DNA of 51,601 nucleotides from Candidatus Moraniibacteriota bacterium (GCA_903859375.1 CAIOMK010000033.1:1-51601); one strand, 5' to 3'; shown: positions 42,435 through 51,439, numbered from the stretch's first letter. Program-made: numbers and translations. The notes: a model not told the origin generated them from the sequence alone.

Positions 42435-44252
42435 ATGAAGCAGAAAGAAAAAATCCGCTGGCAATTTGCCGGAGTGTTAGGTCTTGCCCTTATTTCGGGT
42501 CTTTTGGCATACCCGAAAGTTTTTTCATACCTCCGGTTTCCGAATGCCGAGACAATCGAACAGAAGCTCAAAGTGAATCTCGGTCTCGATTTGCAGGGTG
42601 GTATCCACCTCGAATATGCGGCCGATACCTCGCAGGTGCCGGCCGGTAAGAAGGCTGAGGCGCTTGCCGCAGCACTTTCTGTCGTGGAGCGGCGCGTGAA
42701 CGCGTTCGGAGTGGGCGAATCGATCATACAACTTTCAAGGTCCGGCTCCGAGGACAGGATCATCGTCGAGCTGCCTGGCGTGAAGGACGTCGAAGAAGCG
42801 AAAAAAATGCTCAAGGAGACGCCATTCCTCGAATTTCGCGAGTCCAACGAGGCGGCACTCACTACGCAGATAGCCCAGGTGAACGATGCTTCCAAGAAGC
42901 AGGCCGAAGATATCCTTGTCCGGGCGAAAGCCGGTGAAGACTTCGCGACACTCGCGAAGACATACAGCAAGGACGGTTCGAAAGACAAGGGTGGCGATCT
43001 CGACTTTGCGAAAAAAGGGATGTTCGTCCCGGAATTCGAAGCGGCTATTTTCAAGGATGGCTTTCAGGTGGGGACCGTCTACCCCGAAATCGTGGAAAGC
43101 CAGTTCGGGTGGCATATCATAAAGAAGACCGACGAGCGTGGCGAGGGTGACGCGAAAGAAGTGCGTGCGTCGCACATCCTGTTCCCGAAACAATCGATGG
43201 ATACGGTTCCGGATACGTATAAATACAAGCCGACCGGATTGTCCGGCAAGAATCTCAAGAACGCCACGGTCGACTATCAGGGACAGGGATTCGGTATGCC
43301 GCAGGTCGGCCTCCAGTTTGATGCCGAGGGAGCGAAGCTGTTCGCGGATATCACCAAGCGAAATATCGGCAAACAGGTGGCTATCTTCCTTGACGGCGAG
43401 GTCGTGAGTTCGCCGACGGTGCAAAACGAGATTCCCGACGGTCGCGCGGTCATCACGGGCAATTTCACGCTCACCGAGGTGAAAGACCTGGTACGACGGC
43501 TCAATGAGGGAGCTCTTCCGGTGCCGATCACGCTTGTGGGACAGCAGTCGATCGACGCATCCCTGGGTGAGAGCGCGTTGCAACAGAGCTTGTTCGCCGG
43601 ATTCATCGGGTTGCTTGCCGTATCGATCTTCATGGTCCTCTACTACCGTTTCCTCGGTTTCGGCGCGGTGTTCGCACTGCTCATCTATTCGGCGATGTTG
43701 CTGGCCATTTTCCGATTGTCCGGATTCACACCGTTCCCGATCACGCTCACTCTTTCCGGTATAGCGGGATTCATTCTTTCCATCGGTATCGCCGTGGATG
43801 CGAACGTCCTCATTTTCGAACGGACCCGCGAAGAGCTTTCGTACGGCAAGACCGTCGAAAAGTCGCTCGAGGAAGGGTTCCATCGCGCATGGCCGAGCAT
43901 CCGGGACGGACATGTCTCGACATTGATCACGACCGTCGTACTGATGGCTCTCGGAACCGGATTCGTAAAGGGATTCGCGGTCATCCTGGCTATCGGAGTG
44001 CTCCTCTCGCTCTTCACCGCAGTCGTCCTCGTCCATACATGGCTTCGATTCGTGGTCGGCGATTGGGCCGAAGGACATAAGTCGCTTCTCGTCGCTCCGA
44101 AGGCCGCGCCGGAATCGATTGTTGATGAGAAGAAAGAATCGGCTCCACGGCATATCGAATCGGAAATCGGGAATGAAGACAGAAAGGTCGGTGAAAAGAA
44201 GCCGGTCGCAAAGAAGTCGAAGCCGAAGCCGAAGAGAAGGAAACGAGGATAG
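42435..44252 (+). CDS. secD: Protein translocase subunit SecD with a parvulin-like insertion in the first extracytoplasmic domain and a Lys-rich tail
   Basis: LGLDLQGGIHL and IIVELPG motifs, and a C-terminal 5-TM block (GIAGFILSIGIAVDANVLIFER). The inserted segment is GEDFATLAKTYSKDGSKDKGGDLDF..GMFVPEFE...QFGWHIIK...ASHILF. The start is set at MKQKEKIRW (42435). Confidence 0.92.
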   Translation: MKQKEKIRWQFAGVLGLALISGLLAYPKVFSYLRFPNAETIEQKLKVNLGLDLQGGIHLEYAADTSQVPAGKKAEALAAALSVVERRVNAFGVGESIIQLSRSGSEDRIIVELPGVKDVEEAKKMLKETPFLEFRESNEAALTTQIAQVNDASKKQAEDILVRAKAGEDFATLAKTYSKDGSKDKGGDLDFAKKGMFVPEFEAAIFKDGFQVGTVYPEIVESQFGWHIIKKTDERGEGDAKEVRASHILFPKQSMDTVPDTYKYKPTGLSGKNLKNATVDYQGQGFGMPQVGLQFDAEGAKLFADITKRNIGKQVAIFLDGEVVSSPTVQNEIPDGRAVITGNFTLTEVKDLVRRLNEGALPVPITLVGQQSIDASLGESALQQSLFAGFIGLLAVSIFMVLYYRFLGFGAVFALLIYSAMLLAIFRLSGFTPFPITLTLSGIAGFILSIGIAVDANVLIFERTREELSYGKTVEKSLEEGFHRAWPSIRDGHVSTLITTVVLMALGTGFVKGFAVILAIGVLLSLFTAVVLVHTWLRFVVGDWAEGHKSLLVAPKAAPESIVDEKKESAPRHIESEIGNEDRKVGEKKPVAKKSKPKPKRRKRG

Positions 44253-44306
44253 ACACAGTCGTTTCGTCCCCGGGTTATCGTTCAATGTTCACTGTCATCC
44301 GATCAT

Positions 44307-45203
44307 ATGATCCAAATCATCCAGAAGCGAAAATTTACGTATTGGATCTCCGGGACACTTATCGTGCTTTCAATCGCGGCTATCGCTTTTTTCGGGCTTC
44401 GGCTCGGACTTGATTTCAACGGTGGGACCATGATCGAAGTCCGCTTCGCAAAGAATCCCGCTCCGCAGGTTTCCGAAATCCAGGACGCGCTTGCGACACT
44501 CGACCTGCGAAGCCTTACCATACAGGCGACCGGTGACAACGGGGCGATCATCCGTTTTCTCGCATCGGATGACGCGGTGAACGGGAAAGCGCTCGAGGAA
44601 TTGAAAAAGACGGATGCCGACCTTGCAGTACTTCGTACCGACTTCATCGGTGCCTCGGTGTCCGGCGATATCCGGAAGAACGCCATCTGGGGGACGATCA
44701 TTTCCGTCATTGCCATCGCGGCGTATATCGCCTTCGCGTTTCGAAAGGTGTCATTCCCGATCGGCTCCTGGGAATACGGATGGGGTGCGGTCATAGCCCT
44801 TGCTCATGACCTGCTTATCACGACCGGATGTTTTGCGGTCCTTGGGAAATTCTTCGGTATCGAGGTCGGTGTGCCGTTTGTCGCGGCGCTGCTCACTATC
44901 CTCGGTTATTCCGTGAACGATACCATCGTCGTGTATGATAGGATCCGGGAAAATCTCCTTCGAACCAGAAATAAATCCGGTTTCGAGGATATCGTGAACC
45001 GTTCCGTGAACGAGACGATGTCACGTTCCATCAATACGTCCCTTACCGTGCTTATCGTGTTGGCGTCGGTCGCGGCGTTCGGAGGCGAGGGCATCCGGTG
45101 GTTCTCTGTCGCCCTTCTGCTCGGTGTCATATTCGGCACCTATTCATCCATTTTCGTAGCGTCGGCCCTCCTGGTGTCGCGGTACAAGATGAGGGAGAAT
45201 TAG
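44307..45203 (+). CDS. secF: Protein translocase subunit SecF
   Basis: GLDFNGGTMIEV, and TILGYSVNDTIVVYDRIRENL. Six-TM profile. It lies directly downstream of secD. Confidence 0.93.
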   Translation: MIQIIQKRKFTYWISGTLIVLSIAAIAFFGLRLGLDFNGGTMIEVRFAKNPAPQVSEIQDALATLDLRSLTIQATGDNGAIIRFLASDDAVNGKALEELKKTDADLAVLRTDFIGASVSGDIRKNAIWGTIISVIAIAAYIAFAFRKVSFPIGSWEYGWGAVIALAHDLLITTGCFAVLGKFFGIEVGVPFVAALLTILGYSVNDTIVVYDRIRENLLRTRNKSGFEDIVNRSVNETMSRSINTSLTVLIVLASVAAFGGEGIRWFSVALLLGVIFGTYSSIFVASALLVSRYKMREN

Positions 45204-45218
45204 GCGTTCATACGGGTT

Positions 45219-45233
45219 ATAAAGTCGAAAGCC
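45219..45233 (+). repeat. Short heptad motif after the secF stop
   Basis: ataaagtcgaaagcc, 16 nt after the secF stop. Confidence 0.5.
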
Positions 45234-45360
45234 TGCCCTGTGGCCGATCTTCCAGCTCTATGAGAAGTTTTAGGGGGTCTGAAGTCCATCGAGTCCGTAT
45301 CATTCATGCCTCGTTCTCTGTCCCTTCTTCCTGATTCCTTATTCTTCATTCTTCAGTCAT

Positions 45361-45675
45361 ATGTTGAACATCTTCAAAGGCAAGGATAAAGACAAAGACA
45401 AGAAAGGTGATGACAAGAGTTTCGAGGAAAAACTCGCGGCATTTCCGGGCGCACCGAAGCTCGAGGATATGAACATGGCCGAGAAGTTCGCGATGAAGCG
45501 TTTTCTCAAAATGAGTCCGGAAGAGCAGAAGAAGATGGTCGAGAAGACCATGACACCGAAAAATATCGAGAAGAACAAGGCACAGATCATCGCCTCGATC
45601 GAAGAGATGCGCAAGAACCACATGATTTCCGATGACCAGTATCGTCTGATGAAACGCAAGTACGGGATCAAATAG
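45361..45675 (+). CDS. Hypothetical Lys-rich protein (104 aa)
   Basis: ATG ORF beginning MLNIFKGKDKDKDKKGDDKSFEEKL. Coding-like, with no family recognised. Confidence 0.55.
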   Translation: MLNIFKGKDKDKDKKGDDKSFEEKLAAFPGAPKLEDMNMAEKFAMKRFLKMSPEEQKKMVEKTMTPKNIEKNKAQIIASIEEMRKNHMISDDQYRLMKRKYGIK

Positions 45676-45949
45676 ACGAATAGTCGAAAGCCAGAGAATA
45701 GTCACAAGTGAAAAGTCGAAAGTCGAAGAATAGTCATAAGTCACAAGTCGAAAGCCAGAGAATAGTCACAAGTGAAAAGTCGAAAGTCGAAGAATAGTCA
45801 TAAGTCACAAGTCGAAAGTGAAAAGCGGGAGCGGGGAAATAATTGAAAGGCACAAGTGAAAAGTCACAAGTCGAAAGTCGGGGACGGGAGAGAATAGCCA
45901 CAAGTCGAAAGTCAAAAGTCGAAAGTCGGGGACGGGGGACGGGAAAAGC
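45676..45949 (+). repeat. Largest heptad block (274 bp), with a 64-bp tandem duplication and a G-tract tail
   Basis: It starts right after the stop codon. gtcgaaagccagagaatagtcacaagtgaaaagtcgaaagtcgaagaatagtcataagtcacaa occurs twice (45683-45746 and 45747-45810). It ends with gtcggggacgggggacgggaaaagc. Confidence 0.95.
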
Positions 45950-46017
45950 ATACCGTGTGAACGCGACCTCATGATTTTCCGGGGTCGGAAGTGAAAGACT
46001 GAGCTACATCCCTTAGC

Positions 46018-46041
46018 ATTCCCGCACAGGCGGGAATTTTC
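46018..46041 (+). terminator. Intrinsic terminator downstream of the heptad block
   Basis: attcccgc-acag-gcgggaat 8-bp stem followed by tttt. Confidence 0.6.
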
Positions 46042-46055
46042 GTATCTGTCATCTG

Positions 46056-46064
46056 TGGTACAAT
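46056..46064 (+). promoter_or_regulatory. Extended -10 promoter (TGGTACAAT) for tyrS
   Basis: TGnTACAAT lies 35 nt upstream of the ATG at 46099. Confidence 0.55.
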
Positions 46065-46098
46065 AGAGGCGAAAATATCCATATCAAATCTGAACAGT

Positions 46099-47301
46099 AT
46101 GAATGAACGGGAATTGAAAATCGAAGAATTGCTGACGCGGGGTGTGGCCGAAGTTATTGATGTGGAGCACCTGCGGAAACGGTTATTGAATGGGGAGAAA
46201 CTCCGCGTGAAGCTCGGTATCGACCCAACGAGTCCGGACATCCATCTCGGACGATCCGTCACGTTGCTCAAACTTCGGGACTTCCAGGAACTCGGTTGTC
46301 AGGTCGTGTTCATCGTCGGTAATTTCACCGGACTCATCGGCGATACCAGCGACAAGGAATCGGAACGGCCAATGCTCGACGAGGTGACCGTAACGTTCAA
46401 TATGAGTTCGTATTTCGATCAGGCGGCGAAGGTGCTCGACATGGAATCCGTCGAACGGCACTTCAATGCCGAATGGCTCCGTGAACTCGGGTTTCTCGAG
46501 ATCGGTGAACAGGCGGACGCATTTTCGGTGCATGAGTTCATCTCGCGGGAGAATATCAAAAAGCGGCTCGATGCCGGCAAGCGTGTTTCACTCCGGGAGA
46601 TCCTGTATCCTTTGATGCAGGGCTATGATAGCGTGCAGGTGAAAGCGGACGTCGAGATCGGTGGGACCGACCAGCGGTTCAATGTTCTTGCCGGCCGGAC
46701 ACTTCAGTCCAAGTACGGTCAGGCACCGCAGGATGTGTTGACGGTGAACCTTATCCCGGGAGTGGATGGACGAAAAATGAGTTCGAGCTGGGGCAATACA
46801 ATCAATCTCAACGACAATCAGAATGATATGTACGGCAAAGTGATGAGCATTCCCGACGAGCAGATCGGAACATATCTCGTCCATGCAACACGCGTCTCGA
46901 TGTCGGATATCGACGCGCTCGTGTCCGGTATGGGGGACGGGAGTGTGAATCCTCGTGATGCGAAGATGCGACTTGCCAAGGAAATCGTCACGATGTATCA
47001 CTCCGAGGAGTCCGCGACTGCGGCCGAAGAATATTTCGTCACGGCGTTTTCGAAGAGGGAAATTCCTCAGGATATCGGGGAACTCGCCGTTTCGGACGGG
47101 TCGGAAAGTCTCATCGATTATATCGTGCGTTCCGGGAATGCGACGAGCAGGGCGGATGCGCGGCGCAAGATCGAACAGGGCGGCGTCTCGATCGGCGACG
47201 ACAAGGTGACCGATTGGGCGCTTGTCTTGGACAAGTCGGCGCATGACGGGGCGGTCATCAAGATTGGAAAAATCGGTTTCGTGAAAGTGAAATGGGACTG
47301 A
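46099..47301 (+). CDS. tyrS: Tyrosyl-tRNA synthetase
   Basis: Class I HIGH-like motif (PDIHLGR), KMSKS-like motif (KMSSS), and a C-terminal S4 domain (SRADARRKIEQGGVSIGDDKV). Confidence 0.93.
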   Translation: MNERELKIEELLTRGVAEVIDVEHLRKRLLNGEKLRVKLGIDPTSPDIHLGRSVTLLKLRDFQELGCQVVFIVGNFTGLIGDTSDKESERPMLDEVTVTFNMSSYFDQAAKVLDMESVERHFNAEWLRELGFLEIGEQADAFSVHEFISRENIKKRLDAGKRVSLREILYPLMQGYDSVQVKADVEIGGTDQRFNVLAGRTLQSKYGQAPQDVLTVNLIPGVDGRKMSSSWGNTINLNDNQNDMYGKVMSIPDEQIGTYLVHATRVSMSDIDALVSGMGDGSVNPRDAKMRLAKEIVTMYHSEESATAAEEYFVTAFSKREIPQDIGELAVSDGSESLIDYIVRSGNATSRADARRKIEQGGVSIGDDKVTDWALVLDKSAHDGAVIKIGKIGFVKVKWD

Positions 47302-47333
47302 TTCCTGATTCAATGGAGTCGGAACAAGAGGAT

Positions 47334-47369
47334 AAACCGTCACGACAAGGCATCGTGGCGGTTTTTTTG
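47334..47369 (+). terminator. Intrinsic terminator of tyrS
   Basis: ccgtcacga-caaggca-tcgtggcgg stem (one G-U) followed by a T7 run. Confidence 0.85.
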
Positions 47370-47515
47370 CGTCCATGAGACGGAGAAGAAAACGTTCATT
47401 TCCATCTGTTGACCGAGCCTCGTTTTTCGCGCTACTATGAGATATCCATTGAAAAAGAACGGTTTCGGATCCATGGGGATTCGGGATATCATGAAATGAA
47501 AACAACGGAGAGAGG

Positions 47516-48025
47516 ATGCTTGAAATCGAAATGAAGATAGTGGTTGTGACCGACGGAAGGTCCGTTTCACATGCCGTATCGGGTTGTGCCGATTCCGGAC
47601 AGCTGTCATATATATCCGGAGATGGGTCCGGATGGTCCGATTGTCGGGCCATACATGCGAAGGAAGTCCGATGCATCGCCTGTGCGTTGCTCTCCGGAAT
47701 GCCGAATCGGTTCGATTTGGAAACTTTCCCGACAGTGGAGGCGAAAGTGACGGAGAAGGGAGTCAACCGTATCGTGAGGGAATGTAACATCTTTCCCGCA
47801 AGCGATGACGGCTCCCTGAGGATTTCTCTCCGTGATATCGGGACAGGGATTTCCGAATCCATGGAAATACTTTCCTCGGAATTGAAGTGTTTTTTCTGCT
47901 TCATCTTCAATGAGGAACGGTTTCCCGAAGATATATGGGAGATCTTCAATACCTGTCCGGATCTGTGTCAGTCCGGTTGTGTCGGACTTCCGTTCATGCG
48001 GAAAATGAAAAGGGTGCCCTCGTAA
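47516..48025 (+). CDS. Hypothetical Cys-rich protein (169 aa)
   Basis: ATG ORF with GGAGAGAGG upstream. A terminator hairpin overlaps its stop. No family recognised. Confidence 0.5.
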   Translation: MLEIEMKIVVVTDGRSVSHAVSGCADSGQLSYISGDGSGWSDCRAIHAKEVRCIACALLSGMPNRFDLETFPTVEAKVTEKGVNRIVRECNIFPASDDGSLRISLRDIGTGISESMEILSSELKCFFCFIFNEERFPEDIWEIFNTCPDLCQSGCVGLPFMRKMKRVPS

Positions 48026-48046
48026 TGAGAGGCACCCTTGTTTTAT
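48010..48046 (+). terminator. Intrinsic terminator overlapping the stop codon
   Basis: aagggtgcc...ggcaccctt 9-bp stem followed by gtttta. Confidence 0.6.
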
Positions 48047-48121
48047 GTTTCATCGGAGCGGTCGAATCTTCAGTCCTGTTCTTGGTACTCCACCGCTCGT
48101 ACCAGTGGTACGTGACAGGAG

Positions 48122-48151
48122 ATACTACCATATAATATTATATGGTAGTAT
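48122..48151. promoter_or_regulatory. 30-bp perfect palindrome ATACTACCATATAATATTATATGGTAGTAT (copy 2 of 3)
   Basis: Self-complementary by direct reading. It ends 55 nt upstream of the TrpR/YerC-like gene and contains TATAAT. Confidence 0.9.
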
Positions 48152-48206
48152 TGAGGTGCGTTGAAAAACGAGTGGGATTTATGTAAATACGTGAATATGT
48201 ACGAGT

Positions 48207-48644
48207 ATGGCGAAAGTAAAACCATCCTCAATGTCGAGGAGTGATCGTGAGATTTCACTTGCAGGCTTTTTAGATATTGTCACAAATCTGAAAACGAAGG
48301 ATGAATCGGTTGATTTTCTATTCGGGATACTCACGCCGAGTGAAGCACTGATGCTTTCCAGGAGAATGCAGATAGCTGAAATGTTGCTTCGGGATTCATA
48401 TACGTATGATGGCATACGGGAGTCTCTTGGTGTCGGATACCGTACAATCGCTACGGTTGAGCATTGGTTGCATACTGGAAACGATGTCCGTGATGTCTGG
48501 CTTGCCAGTTTAATCCGTGGACGTTCGAAGAAAAAAAAGTCTTCGAAGCCGATAGGTTCGCGGAAAGGATATTCCATGTCGTTGCTCGACAGATATCCAC
48601 AACATCGGATTTTGTCCGATCTTATCTCTGAAATCCTGCGATAA
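48207..48644 (+). CDS. TrpR/YerC-YecD-like DNA-binding protein
   Basis: LTPSEALMLSRRMQIAEMLLRDSYTYDGIRESLGVGYRTIATVEHWL matches the Trp-repressor-related YerC/YecD pattern (..T..E...L..R..I...L......I....G.S..TI.R). Confidence 0.7.
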   Translation: MAKVKPSSMSRSDREISLAGFLDIVTNLKTKDESVDFLFGILTPSEALMLSRRMQIAEMLLRDSYTYDGIRESLGVGYRTIATVEHWLHTGNDVRDVWLASLIRGRSKKKKSSKPIGSRKGYSMSLLDRYPQHRILSDLISEILR

Positions 48645-48659
48645 ATACACGGTTGTCAG

Positions 48660-48689
48660 ATACTACCATATAATATTATATGGTAGTAT
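48660..48689. promoter_or_regulatory. 30-bp perfect palindrome (copy 3 of 3)
   Basis: Identical 30-mer to 48122-48151. It starts 15 nt after the TrpR-like stop and ends about 33 nt upstream of the hydrolase ATG. Confidence 0.9.
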
Positions 48690-48722
48690 AGCGTGGATCA
48701 GTCGAAAAACGATAGAAACTGT

Positions 48723-49349
48723 ATGTATATGCTTATGGAAAAACCGCAGATAATTTTCGTACACGGAGGCACCGCGTTTCCGGACCGGGAGGCATTTCTT
48801 GCGTACCTCAAGACGGCTGAGCCACGTGAACCGTTCTGGTCACAAGATGAGCCGACCCGCTGGCGTGAGACGATCGCACGACGATTCGCAGGCTCATGCG
48901 AGATCATGATGCCTTCGATGCCGAACAAGCAGAACGCCCGGTACGACGAATGGTCGCTCTGGTTCGAACGGCACATCCCGTTCCTTCGTGATGGGGTGAT
49001 CCTGATAGGGCACAGCATGGGTGGTATCTTCCTCGCGAAGTATCTTGCCGAACATATTTTCCCGGTCCGTGTCGGGGCGCTTGTGCTCGTGGCCGCACCG
49101 TTTGAAGACGAGTCCCTGGAATCACTCGGTGATTTCGTACTGCCGGAATGTCTCGACGGTGTCGCACGGCAGGCGGAGCGGATCATCCTGTATTATTCGA
49201 AGGATGACCCCGTCGTCTTGTCCGAAGAGATGGGCCGATATGTCCGAGCATTTCCCGAAGCGGAAACATCGGTGCTCGACGATCGCGGTCATTTCCTTAC
49301 GGAGGATTTTCCGGAACTTTCTGAGCGGATAACGAAAATTCTTGGATGA
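48723..49349 (+). CDS. Alpha/beta hydrolase (YdeN/RBBP9-like serine hydrolase)
   Basis: IIFVHGG, nucleophile elbow GHSMGG, and a late D...GHF acid/His pair. The start is set at the first ATG (the ORF track starts at GTG 48693). Confidence 0.8.
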   Translation: MYMLMEKPQIIFVHGGTAFPDREAFLAYLKTAEPREPFWSQDEPTRWRETIARRFAGSCEIMMPSMPNKQNARYDEWSLWFERHIPFLRDGVILIGHSMGGIFLAKYLAEHIFPVRVGALVLVAAPFEDESLESLGDFVLPECLDGVARQAERIILYYSKDDPVVLSEEMGRYVRAFPEAETSVLDDRGHFLTEDFPELSERITKILG

Positions 49350-49570
49350 AGGGCCGTTCGAGATCTCACCATATATGTGAGAGATCGGCTGCATCGAACA
49401 GTGCTGCCATATGACGTTTGGCATCGTTTCGTCCCGACTAAGGACTGTCCGGTCGTGCCCGGCTTTCGTCGGAATCGTCGAAATGATATGCGGAGTCCTT
49501 ACTGAGCCGATAGTCGTCGCACCTGCCGGATCCGTGGTATCATAAACATCATATTTTTGTTCGGACTTTT

Positions 49571-50617
49571 ATGCCATCGGAATCTGTCGAGGAAAAACAG
49601 GAAGAAAGATTTCTGAAATTCCCGACCTGGTCTCTGTTGTTGAGTCTTGTCGTCATCGTCTCGTTGTCTGTCGTGTTCTTCATCCGTTTCGGTGATTTCG
49701 GCAGATTTTTGGAAACCGCGAAACAGGCCGAGCCATGGTGGCTTGTGGTCGCGGTTATGTTCCAGGTGCTGACGTATGTAAGCAATGGCGAGGTCTGGAA
49801 TGTCGCGACACGTGCCGCAGGCTATCCTCTCAAATCGAAACTGCTCGCGCGGCTGTCCGTGGAACGGCTCACCATCGACCAGTTTATGCCGAGCGCCGGA
49901 GTCGCCGGACATGTCGGTACGCTCCAGGCGATGAGGCATTTCGGCATACCGACGCCTATCGCCATGGAAGCGCTCTTCGTCGATCTTCTTTCTCACCATG
50001 CCGCCTATATCACGGCCGTACTCGTCGCGTTTGCAGTGCTTATTTTCCATCACGATATCACGCCGATCGTCTCTTTGTCCCTGGTCGCGTTTGCGACTAT
50101 CACGATGGTCGTCTTGGTGAGCACTGTGTTGTTCCTTCGAAATCACGAGTGGATCAATAGGCTTCCTTCATGGATTTCGAAACGGACCCCGGTCTCTCGC
50201 CTGACACGCGCGGTCTCTCAGGTGAATGCGGAACGGATCCTCTCATGGAAGGTGTTCCTCGAATCGACGCTTTTTCAATTGGCTATCTTTTTTCTTGACG
50301 GGGCGACTTTGTGGGCGACACTGCGTGCCGTCGGTGTGCATGCACCGATCCTGGTCACGTTCTCGGCGTATGTCATCGCGACGGTCGCGGGGACCGTGCT
50401 TTTCATTCCTGGTGGAGTGGGCGTGTTCGAGGTCGGCGCCGTGACGACGTTGGTCGGGTTCGGTATCCCGTTTGAAGGGGCGTTCGCGGCGACGCTTCTC
50501 CTGCGTGGACTGACATTGTGGATCCCACTTATTCCCGGATCGATTCTGGCGCATCGTGATCTCATGCTGGGTGGCCCGATCAGTCATGCACGGATCCCAG
50601 AAGAGACGGTCAAATGA
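49571..50617 (+). CDS. UPF0104 / lysylphosphatidylglycerol-synthase-TM-region-like (flippase-like) membrane protein
   Basis: About 8 TM segments and the family motif IPGGVGVFEVG near the C-terminus. Confidence 0.75.
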   Translation: MPSESVEEKQEERFLKFPTWSLLLSLVVIVSLSVVFFIRFGDFGRFLETAKQAEPWWLVVAVMFQVLTYVSNGEVWNVATRAAGYPLKSKLLARLSVERLTIDQFMPSAGVAGHVGTLQAMRHFGIPTPIAMEALFVDLLSHHAAYITAVLVAFAVLIFHHDITPIVSLSLVAFATITMVVLVSTVLFLRNHEWINRLPSWISKRTPVSRLTRAVSQVNAERILSWKVFLESTLFQLAIFFLDGATLWATLRAVGVHAPILVTFSAYVIATVAGTVLFIPGGVGVFEVGAVTTLVGFGIPFEGAFAATLLLRGLTLWIPLIPGSILAHRDLMLGGPISHARIPEETVK

Positions 50618-50863
50618 CATCTCGCCGAGACGGTTTCGGAAAATCGTCTTTATGTGAAGTCGAAACCTGTCGCGATGGCCGGTGGATTTTTATTCGTCCG
50701 GATGTCCGGGGTCGTGTTGACAGTATGAGCACAGTAATTTACTCTCCGTGTGCAGGCAGGTTGTTTAACAGCCCGGATTTTCCGGGGTATAATTGAGAGC
50801 CCGATCATTCCGCCATATGTGCGACCCGGGTCGTAAACTGAACGAAATACAAGGAGAATATCT

Positions 50864-51319
50864 ATGAAACAAAAAAATTCCGCTGTCGATGACCGTATGT
50901 CCCGTTCCATCATCCGCGAACTGTGCGGGAATGATTCTGTGGAACAGGTCTCCCGCCTGATCTCGCAGCTGACTCGACGCTCCGTCGTGCCGGATATCGC
51001 AAGCATGGTTATGGATCCCTCTTGTCATGTTATCGTGATCGAATGTGACGGGGAGCTCCTGGGTCTCTCATCGATCGTCTTCTATCGTACTCCGACGCGC
51101 GGTCTGACCGGTCGGATCGAGGATGTCGTGGTGGATGAGAAAATGCGGGGCAGTGGGTATGGCCGAAAAATGCTCGAAGCGTTGCTTGATGAGGCACGGA
51201 TCCGCAAAACAGTGTGCGTCCAGCTTGTCAGTGAACCAGAACGTGCCACTGCTCGGGCCCTGTATGATTCTCTCGGATTTACGTTGCGTGAAACGGGCGA
51301 GTTCACGCACTGGTTGTAA
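50864..51319 (+). CDS. GNAT-family N-acetyltransferase
   Basis: Acetyl-CoA motif A: IEDVVVDEKMRGSGYGRKMLEALL. SD AAGGAG lies upstream. Confidence 0.88.
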   Translation: MKQKNSAVDDRMSRSIIRELCGNDSVEQVSRLISQLTRRSVVPDIASMVMDPSCHVIVIECDGELLGLSSIVFYRTPTRGLTGRIEDVVVDEKMRGSGYGRKMLEALLDEARIRKTVCVQLVSEPERATARALYDSLGFTLRETGEFTHWL

Positions 51320-51439
51320 AGAATCATCTGATGCTCTCACGGGGTACCCGGTACGTGTACGTGTGAACCGACAAATGCGACGATCGTGGAACATATCAGG
51401 AAATTCCATGTGACGGGCTTCAGTCCGGGAACAATATGC

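Noticed and set aside
42735-44285. 516-aa minus-strand ORF opposite secD
   Set aside because: It is a shadow ORF with Arg/Asp/His-rich nonsense composition. secD on the plus strand has unambiguous motifs.
46588-47949. 453-aa minus-strand ORF overlapping tyrS and the downstream gene
   Set aside because: It overlaps the well-supported tyrS on the opposite strand. Its composition is low-complexity and Arg/Pro/His-rich, and it crosses the tyrS terminator.
50614-50796. 60-aa ORF between the flippase-like gene and the GNAT gene
   Set aside because: It has no SD, overlaps the preceding gene's stop region, has an unremarkable Arg/Cys-rich composition, and is likely non-coding.
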